Part shown: positions 55,475-64,000 of the stretch, piece by piece
Layout: every line of letters starts with the position of its first letter
How positions within the stretch are numbered: the first letter of the stretch is position 1
NCBI GenBank assembly: GCA_002104945.1
Contig: MCFH01000021.1
Location: 124,001-188,000 of the forward strand
Length of the DNA: 64,000 nucleotides
Source of the DNA: Piromyces finnis finn
Taxonomy: Eukaryota; Fungi; Neocallimastigomycota
Direction: 5' to 3'
Position numbers and translations under genes: made by a program
Notes under the pieces: model-generated
What the model saw: the letters and a program-made list of their open reading frames with translations, nothing else
Database searches by the model: none
What the model was told of the DNA's origin: nothing

Positions 55475-56409
55475 TAATATATAAATTTTGATAATATTGT
55501 TCATTTCTTATATAAAAAATTATATAAAAAAAATTAAATAAAAAATTATCAATATTTGTAATATATAAAGATTTTGTTGTATAAAAATTTTGACAATTAT
55601 CAATAAAAATAAAATAAAAAAAAGAAATTAATTAAATAAAATAAAATAAAAACTATTTATTCATATAAATAACCTTAATAAATTATATATATTTAATTCA
55701 TATCGCTGGTGGTATGTTTGTAATGCATTATTTATTAAGGATTTTTTTTTTTTTTTATAATATAAAATGAAAGAAACTATTTATTATATTTCATAAATTT
55801 AAATTTTTTTAAAAAAAAAAAAAAAAAAATAACTAGATACAAATATTATATAATTTAGTAAAGTGTGGAAAAGGAAGAAAAATATAAAACAAATAAAAAA
55901 GAAAATGAGCAAATAAATGAAGTAATTAATGAAAGAATGAATAATAAAATAAGAGAGGAAGAAAATGTCAAAAAATAATGTGAAATTAAAAAAAAAAAAA
56001 AAAGAAAAAAAAAAAAAATAAATAAATTTGTTAAAATAGTATTAATTATTATGGGTAGTATAAGTTATCCCTAGGTACTAATGGGTTAGTATTTACCAAT
56101 ACTTCCAACAGTTCTATTTTATTTGTTAACTCTTTTAAGCTTTGCAAAAAGTTTTGATCGTTTTTATCAGTGATTTATCAATAGTAAGTTTTATAAAAGC
56201 AAATTTGAGGATTTTACGAATGAAAAAGGGATATGACATTAAAAGTTGAAATTAAAGTTTTTATTGCTATAACTATTTTAATGGGCATTGGTTCTATTAT
56301 ATTAAAAAAAAAAAAAAAAAAAAAGCTTTAATTGGAAGAATAATTATACATATTATTATATTTGTATTTGTTATTAAAACAAGTAAAAAAAAAAAGATAT
56401 AAATAAAAA

Positions 56410-59046
56410 TTCTGACAAGAATAAAGCATCTAATAGTGGACAATTAAACTCTTCCATGGGTTTATAATGTTTTCATCTGAAGAAATACTAACATTGAACC
56501 CTGTGTACAGAACACTGAGAATGTTCCTTTGCCATATCGGTACGACGTCGGCGCTCTTGATTACGTTAGGTGTCTTACTAAACCTATCAAAAAGTAGCTT
56601 CATAGAGCTACTAATGATAGGGATTGTTTTAGTAAGAAAAGCCGCGAGACCCTCTACATATGGAAAATGAGACCCCGATGAACTGTAAAGCTGTTCATTC
56701 AAATGTCTTTGTTCCGCCTTATCGATTTGTAGCTCATCATAAGCTAAAGTTCCACCAAGAAGGAACGTAAAAATATAGTTATAAATTGTTTTTCTTACTT
56801 CCGTTTCGGGGAGTAAGTATGTGATGAATTGATTCTTATATTTATTGTAAAAAAGGGTAAAAAAGATCGTCAAGAAAGCTAAGTGAAGAAGCTCTGTATT
56901 CAGAGAATGCAGAACATTCTAATATCCAATGGTAAAAAGATTGTTCGTCATATCCGCAACATGGACAGACACGAGGGCAGTCAGGAGTAACTCTATTACT
57001 GGCAATAGCAATTCGGGTAGTATTTTCATAACCGCATCGAATACGAATAATCCAGGTAATTCCTAAATTTAAGTGAGGTTTGTTGAGACCGATAGGCATT
57101 AGGCGATTTGAATTAAGAAATTTGTTATTAGTATATCTGAGGGCTTTACTTCCATTATTTAGGCTACTATTATTCCAATAATGTTATCTGATATCTTTAG
57201 TACTTTTAATATTTATTTTCATAAGCTTCTTATGTAGTGAACAAGATTCTTTTACCCAAGAGTAATGAGACATGGGAGGAATAGATCGGACGAGATCTTT
57301 AATTATACAATTTGATTTTCTCTATTTAACAAAGCATTTCACTTGTTGCGCAGCACAAATACCTGAAAGGGTAGGGATCTTCATATCTCTTGTAAGAGCA
57401 TACAGACTAATAAATGAATTTCGTTCAAAAACAAAATCTTTGTTATTAAAACTTTTATTGTGAAAGCTATTGACACTCCATAAAACAGCAGTATTGATAA
57501 GGGATTGGACTCTTCTAGTTCTATTTTTGTTGGAACCAAGCAAAAGAGCATAATAAGAGACTTTGCTTAAAATATAAGAATGAATTACTATATTTTTAAG
57601 CCAATAGGAACACAATTGTTGGTGAGGAAGTTCTTAAAAGAGAATAAAGATTTCTGAACGTTTTTGTACATATTAGACAGAATAGGAGTCAAAGAAAGAT
57701 CTTCGTCGAATGGGATTCCAAGATAAGTATAGCAAGAAACCTTTGGAATCGAGTACATACCAATGTAAAATGTTGGGTCGACATAACTAGGGGATCTATT
57801 AAAGTTAATAGGTTTAACAACAATAGTTGCACATTTATTTATTCCAAAAGACATTTCATTTAAATTAGCCCAATCAAGGACTAGATTGAGCATCTTTTGA
57901 AGGTTCTTCTTACTAGGAGCAATCAAAACAATATCATCAGCGAAAAGGCCACCACAACAACGTTTATTTCCTAAGCTAACTCCAAGCCTTTCACATTTAT
58001 TTAAAATATCATTGATAAAGAGGTTAAACAGTATAGGAGAAAGAGGACATCCTTGTCTTACACCACGGTTTATAGGGAATTCATTGGAAAGCATATCCAA
58101 GAAACGTGCACGAGCTTTAGAGGTAGAGTAGAGATTATTGAGAAAATCAAAACATTTACCACGTATACCTAATTTATATAACTTTGTAAGGATATTAGAA
58201 ATAGGAACTGAGTCGTATGCTTTTTTAAGGTCTAGAAAGGCGACATAAGTGGCTTTTCCTTTAAATTTTCTTCTTTGACAGATTTCTCTAATGGAAACAA
58301 ATAAGCTAATACATTCTTCTTTATTGCGAAAACCAAATTGCTCAGGTCTTATAAAATTATGAGAAAGAGCATACTTTGAAATTCTATTAGTTACAATTTT
58401 TGAAATAATTTTAAGACCTACATTGATGAGAGAAATACCACGATAATTATTACAGTCTGAAAGATCGCCTTTCTTTGGAATAGAAACAATGGAAGCAGAG
58501 TTCCATTTCAAAGGAAAGGAACCATTCCAGATTTTATTAAAAATTAATTTAAGACAATTTCCAGCAGACTTATGTTCTTTCTCCAGTTCTTCGTTACAAA
58601 AGAAAGCTTTGAAAAATTCAATTGGGATACCATCGGGACCTGGAGCCTTATTATTATTCATTGACAGAACAACATTCCTAATTTCCTCAATAGAAATGGG
58701 ATCATTTATATCCCATGCTATTTGATTAATATGGTTGAATTGGAAGGCTCTTTCCCAGTAACCACGATTTAAGCTGTGATTTGTAACATCAGATGCAAGA
58801 TTCTCATAATGTTCAGCCCAACGTTTTAATTGTTCTTGAGGAGTAAATAAATCCTTGCCATTCTTGTCCTTAATAGTTGAAACATGGGAGGACGAATAAC
58901 TTGGTTTGGCAAGTTTTTTAAGGCCTTTCCAACCTTGTCTAAAGCTTTTATCAATAAAATGTTTACCGATAGAAACAATATTAGCTTTATAGAGATTGGA
59001 TCTGAATTTACTCTTAACTTTTTTGATGGTATTACATAGATTTTGG
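56410..59046 (-). pseudogene. 5'-truncated, frameshifted LINE family B copy (RT + CCHC, no endonuclease)
   Basis: Motifs KAPGPDGIP, YRGISL, LDLKKAYDSV, GVRQGCPLSP, FADD and CPCCG..HWILEC. Frameshift near 57600 and stops at ~57100-57320. Clearly diverged from family A. Confidence 0.88.
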
Positions 59047-59058
59047 TGACATGGGAGG

Positions 59059-59060
<2 letters not shown>

Positions 59061-59098
<38 letters not shown>

Positions 59099-59475
59099 GC
59101 ATCAAATATTATAAACTTTATTATTAATTTAATTAAAATTATAATACATGTAATAAAAAATTAAAAAATAAAAATAAAAATAAAAAAAAATATGTTTAAA
59201 TAAACACAAATGAATAAAAATTGGGTATAATGTATTCTAGTAATTTTAATTAAAGTAAGAAAGCCACTATCATACTAAAGTATAATAATTGTATTTGACT
59301 TCCAATGGGACACCGAGCCAAAGATCAAAATTTTGTCATGGGACAAAATTATGATCTCCATTGGTTGCGCTGGCCCTCCTGGCCTGTCTTACTGTTTCTT
59401 CAGCATTGACGCTCTTGGATGTTGCTTCAAACCTTTTGAACATTGACCATTGCTGGCCAATAGCAAAAGGCATGA
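59061..59475 (-). mobile_element. 5'-truncated family A insertion (~415 bp) with 14-bp TSD
   Basis: Poly(T)34 plus the family A 3' end. TGACATGGGAGGAA at 59047-59060 and 59473-59486 (TGA shared with the element). Confidence 0.92.
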
Positions 59476-59586
59476 CATGGGAGGAATAGATCGGATGAGA
59501 TCTTTAATAATACAATTTGATTTTCTCTATTTAACAAAGCATTTCACTTGTTGCGCAGCACAAATACCTGAAAGGGTAAGAATCTT

Positions 59587-59588
<2 letters not shown>
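59473..59588 (-). mobile_element. Short segment of a second family B copy
   Basis: Similar but not identical to 57269-57383. Confidence 0.8.
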
Positions 59589-59625
<37 letters not shown>

Positions 59626-62600
59626 GGCATCAAATATTTTAAACTTTATTATTAATTTAATTAAAATTATAATACATGTAATATAAAAATTAAAATAAAA
59701 TAAAAATAAAAAAAAATATGTTTAAATAAACACAAATGAATAAAAATTGGGTATAATGTATTCTAGTAATTTTAATTAAAGTAAGAAAGCCACTATCATA
59801 CTAAAGTATAATAATTGTATTTGACTTCCAATGGGACACCGAGCCAAAGATCAAAATTTTATCATGGAACAAAATTATGATCTCCATTGGTTGCGCTGGC
59901 CCTCCTGGCCTGTCTTACTGTTTCTTCAGCATTGACGCTCTTGGATGTTGCTTCAAACCTTTTGAACATTGACCATTGCTGGCCAATAGCAAAAGGCATG
60001 ATTTTGGTTAGAAGTTCCGCGGTTACCGTCAAGAATGGTGTTCCTTCATTAGTACCAGATTGAATCTGACGCTTACAAAGTTCTTTCCATTCCCTTGAAT
60101 TGTAATTGATATTGTTAAAACTTCTTCCCCCAAGAAGGAATTTAAATATTTTACTGCACACACTAGAATAATCATACACATTAATATTCACCGGATTATT
60201 AGAACTATTACTATCATTAACTAAATTACTATCTAAATTAGAATTATTATCTTCACTATTGCTATCATTACTAATATTATTATTTCTATTACTACTATTG
60301 TTATTATTACTATTGTTACTATTACTATTGTTATTATTACTATTGTTACTATTACTATTAATATTATTACTATCTCTACTGATATTATCAATTTCATTAT
60401 TATTGATAGGACTATTGGAATTACGTTGACTGAAAAAATTTAATAGCTGGACTATGGAATCATAATGTTTAATACGGATATCTCTAAATGTTGGACAATC
60501 TAATAACCAATGTTTAATACTTTGATCTCCACACTTGCAACATGGACAGTAGTTAGGACAAACTGGATCAACAAATTTGGCAGCTTTGGCAACTCTAGCA
60601 TCCAACTTGTATCCGCTTCTTGCTTTCAATAGCCAGTAGAAGCCATAGGCAAACTCTGGGTACTCATAACATAATTTAATAAAATCTTTAGTATCAATAA
60701 ACTTATTATCATCATAATATTGCGCTTTGATTGAATTCCCTTTGAGATCTTTCCAATAAAAGTTTTTAACTGCTTTAACATCTCCATGTTTCTTTAGTTT
60801 TTTATCAAGTGTCCTACTTGATTTGCACCACGTGTATTTTCTAAATTTAGGAATGTAATTGACAAGGTGTGAGATAATACAATTTGAGTTTTTCCATTTG
60901 TTAAAACATCTAACCTGAGCTAATGCACATTTGGCTGACAATGGAGGAATATTCAAATCTTTTGAGATAGAATATAAAGATATAAACGATACAGCTTTAT
61001 GAACTCCGGCAACCCATCGTATTCCTTTGTTAACATGCTTCTGTGCAATTCTAGACCTGGCTTTGTTGGATCCAAGTAATGGTGCAAAGTATGAAACTCT
61101 GCTAATCACTTGTGAGTTAAGTACTAGCTTTTTGAAGGGAATAGGAATATTAGGATTTCTTAAGAATTTACTGACTGAAAAAAGCCCTTTCAAAACCTTG
61201 TTATTAAGAGCTTTAATAACTGGTTTAAGGGACAGATTCTTATCAAATGGAACACCAAGATAAGTATAACAATCAGTAGTTGGAATGGGTTGTCCTGCTA
61301 AGTAAAATGTTGGATCTCTCTTGTTCTGATTTTCTATTGATTCAGGACGAATCACCATCGTTGAACACTTCTGGATACCAAATTCCATTTCATTATACAA
61401 GGCCCATTCATTAACTCTTCTAAGCATCTTTTTTAAGTATCCTCTTGTTGGAGCACAAATAACTATATCATCTGCAAAAAGTCCACCACAGCATCGAGTG
61501 TCACCTAAACTGACTCCTAGATCTTCGCACTCTCTAAATATATCATTAATAAAGAGATTAAAGAGAATAGGAGAAAGAGGGCATCCTTGACGGACTCCTT
61601 TCTTCACATCAAAAGATTTCGAGAATTGTCCATCTAATTTGACATTAGCCTTAGATGTTAAATATAAATTTTTGATGAATTGTAAACTCTTACCTCGGAT
61701 TCCTAAACAATCTAATTTATGGAGAATATTACCGATTGGGACTGAATCGTATGCTTTCCTGAGATCTAAAAAGGCCAAATATGTCTCTTTATTATCTAAT
61801 TGACGTCTACGGCATATTTCTTGGATTGAAATGAAAAGACTGATACTTTCTTCCTTTTTTCGAAAACCAAATTGTTCAGGTCTAATGAAATTATTCTTTA
61901 GACCATATTCTGAGATTCTAGTGGTGACAATTTTGGAAATCAACTTAATACCATTATTGATAAGTGATATACCTCGATAGTTATCACAATCTGTCAAATC
62001 TCCCTTCTTAGGAATAGAAACAATACTGGATTCATTCCATGAGTTGGGGAAGTCTCCATCCCAAATACGGTTGAATAATTTAAGAATAAAATTTAAACCA
62101 TAAGCATCATTATCTGAAGTGGTATTACCGGAAGAATTATTATCTGTAGCATTATTAGAATCATTACTTGATGGAATTAATGCTTTGTAAAATTCAATTG
62201 GAATACCATCCGGACCTGATGCTTTATAATTCGGAGTAGAGAGGATAGCTGACTTGACTTCATCAATACTAATATCTTGGTTGATATCCCATTCATCAAG
62301 CATAGGGAGTGAAAAACGTTTATTCGTTGGTTCTTCATACCAATGCTCCAAATCAAGACTTACACCACTTGGATCTGATGCAAGCTTTTCGAAATGATCA
62401 TGCCACACATCTAGTTGTTCTTCCGTAGCAACAACTAATTCTCCATTTTTGTTTTTAATTGGTTGAGCAATAAAGAAAGAATCTTTTCCAATTTTTGCAG
62501 TTTTCTTGATCCATTTCCAGGCCTTCTTAGGATTATGACTTTTCATATACTCACATCCTGTTTTAATCCAATGAAGATATTCTTGTTTCCTAAATTCATT

Positions 62601-64000
62601 ACATCTTTTGTGGATGTAATCAATGAGCTTACGGTAGATTTTAATTCTTTTAATAAATTCATCTATATCATAAATTCTTTCTTTTTTAAATCTCTTATAC
62701 AACTTCATTTTGATTTTTTGGAGATTAAAAATTTGTTGTGAAATATGAAATGAAGACTTTATAACATTATTTGCTGAGGTAATACTGAGCTCGTCTGCAA
62801 TTGAAAAAACAGTTGAAGTAAATTCTTTGGAAAGTTCATCTGTAGAAACATTAGGATCGTTGAATTTTGCTGAAAGTATTTGGAATTTATTATGACTGAG
62901 AATAGATTCCTTTTCCTCAATACATTTTAATCTATTCCATTTCAGAATTTTCTTAGGAACGTTAAAGTCATTAGAAAAATCTTCCATAGGAATAATTTTA
63001 CCATTAATAAGAAGTGGCTTATGGTCTGATACAGGATAAAAATTATTTATAAATGATCCTGAGTGAATAAGATCTTTCATCTTCGAATTGATAAGAGCAT
63101 GGTCAATGTCGGAAGATTGATCACCTCGAGTCCAAGAGATAGTAGACCCTCTAAGCGGAAGAATTTCCCAATCTCCTAATCCATTAGTTGATAACCAGTT
63201 GGATAATTTTACTTTAGACATATTAAAATCACCAACAAGAATCGATGGATGGGATGAATGAGTTTGTAACCACAAGCGAACTTCTAACTTTGCATGATCA
63301 ACATAGATGTTGTGATGACTATGAGGCATATAAACATTTCCAATCGAGCATTTGAATCTATTCCAGAGACTAAAAGTATAAATAGAAATAATATACTTTC
63401 CAGAGAAGTTTTCAAGTGAGGCTTGACACGAATTGTGAAAACCTAAATATAAACCTCTCATTCCCGGAACTGATTCGTCAGCTTTCTTGAAAAAGTGTCT
63501 ATAGTTTCGCAAAGTAACACGACAAGGATAATCTGTATTCGAACCAGAACCATTACCAGTTTCTTGGAAACATAAGAATAATGGTTTGAAAATAGCTGTG
63601 AAATAGCTAATACTATCCCTCTTTTCATGATTCCACCCATTGGTGTTCCAACTAAGACAAAAAGAAAAGTTATCAGGCTTGTTGGATGAGGAAGAATCGT
63701 TGCTATTATTATTATTATTAAAGTCATCGTTATTAATGGATGATGCATCAGAGGAATAAGTAGAACTATTACTAGATGGCTGTGAAACTGAAGAACTATC
63801 AACTATTGAACTGTTATCAGAGTTGATAGAACTATTAGAATTAATTGTTGAATGTTGAGATTGAAATTGTGTTTGCTGTAGATCTGGAATATTTTCATGA
63901 TGGGAAACTTGTTGAAGATCCTGTTGAAGATCTTGTTGAAGATCGGATTGTTGATGAGATTGTTGAACTGATTGTTGAACTGATTGTTGAAATGATTGTT
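59589..64000 (-). mobile_element. Family A copy 3; 5' end lies beyond the window
   Basis: Poly(T)34 at 59589-59622, family A 3' UTR, and an open frame from the window edge to 59862. Confidence 0.94.
59862..64000 (-). CDS. LINE polyprotein, copy 3 (N-terminus outside window)
   Basis: Near-identical to copies 1 and 2; the frame continues past the 63512 Met used by the ORF track. Confidence 0.92.
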   Translation of the reverse strand, partial: QSFQQSVQQSVQQSHQQSDLQQDLQQDLQQVSHHENIPDLQQTQFQSQHSTINSNSSINSDNSSIVDSSSVSQPSSNSSTYSSDASSINNDDFNNNNNSNDSSSSNKPDNFSFCLSWNTNGWNHEKRDSISYFTAIFKPLFLCFQETGNGSGSNTDYPCRVTLRNYRHFFKKADESVPGMRGLYLGFHNSCQASLENFSGKYIISIYTFSLWNRFKCSIGNVYMPHSHHNIYVDHAKLEVRLWLQTHSSHPSILVGDFNMSKVKLSNWLSTNGLGDWEILPLRGSTISWTRGDQSSDIDHALINSKMKDLIHSGSFINNFYPVSDHKPLLINGKIIPMEDFSNDFNVPKKILKWNRLKCIEEKESILSHNKFQILSAKFNDPNVSTDELSKEFTSTVFSIADELSITSANNVIKSSFHISQQIFNLQKIKMKLYKRFKKERIYDIDEFIKRIKIYRKLIDYIHKRCNEFRKQEYLHWIKTGCEYMKSHNPKKAWKWIKKTAKIGKDSFFIAQPIKNKNGELVVATEEQLDVWHDHFEKLASDPSGVSLDLEHWYEEPTNKRFSLPMLDEWDINQDISIDEVKSAILSTPNYKASGPDGIPIEFYKALIPSSNDSNNATDNNSSGNTTSDNDAYGLNFILKLFNRIWDGDFPNSWNESSIVSIPKKGDLTDCDNYRGISLINNGIKLISKIVTTRISEYGLKNNFIRPEQFGFRKKEESISLFISIQEICRRRQLDNKETYLAFLDLRKAYDSVPIGNILHKLDCLGIRGKSLQFIKNLYLTSKANVKLDGQFSKSFDVKKGVRQGCPLSPILFNLFINDIFRECEDLGVSLGDTRCCGGLFADDIVICAPTRGYLKKMLRRVNEWALYNEMEFGIQKCSTMVIRPESIENQNKRDPTFYLAGQPIPTTDCYTYLGVPFDKNLSLKPVIKALNNKVLKGLFSVSKFLRNPNIPIPFKKLVLNSQVISRVSYFAPLLGSNKARSRIAQKHVNKGIRWVAGVHKAVSFISLYSISKDLNIPPLSAKCALAQVRCFNKWKNSNCIISHLVNYIPKFRKYTWCKSSRTLDKKLKKHGDVKAVKNFYWKDLKGNSIKAQYYDDNKFIDTKDFIKLCYEYPEFAYGFYWLLKARSGYKLDARVAKAAKFVDPVCPNYCPCCKCGDQSIKHWLLDCPTFRDIRIKHYDSIVQLLNFFSQRNSNSPINNNEIDNISRDSNNINSNSNNSNNNNSNSNNSNNNNSSNRNNNISNDSNSEDNNSNLDSNLVNDSNSSNNPVNINVYDYSSVCSKIFKFLLGGRSFNNINYNSREWKELCKRQIQSGTNEGTPFLTVTAELLTKIMPFAIGQQWSMFKRFEATSKSVNAEETVRQARRASATNGDHNFVP

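Noticed and set aside
59047-59105. MMPLKKKKKK N-terminus of the 505-aa ORF as a basic leader
   Set aside because: It is the poly(A) tail of the inserted family A fragment read in frame with the B pseudogene.

Overview
Very AT-rich, intron-rich eukaryotic DNA, most consistent with an anaerobic gut fungus (Neocallimastigomycota). This is inferred from a fungal dockerin-bearing GH43, a scaffoldin-like Cys-rich protein and extreme intergenic AT content. Host genes: Hsp70-like/SH3 fusion, Cof-type HAD hydrolase, Serinc/TMS1 (with a 2-nt microexon), two identical inverted GH43-CBM6-dockerin genes, proteasome alpha-6, a TPR protein, a PQ-loop protein, a ~1480-aa scaffoldin-like CBM18 protein, an FHA protein, a DNAJB6-like J-protein, a bacterial-type DUF2238 protein, and a C/D-box snoRNA absent from the ORF track. 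Two clusters of non-LTR retrotransposons (8.5-20.9 kb and 56.4-64 kb) are all on the minus strand. Standout: a young single-ORF LINE family (A) whose copies are nested into the 5' tip of earlier copies of itself (nested 11- and 13-bp TSDs) or into a related older family (B). Its 5' end consists of tandem ~124-nt, multi-hairpin monomers whose boundary coincides with the element 5' termini. Exon coordinates were read by eye and may be off by a few bases.
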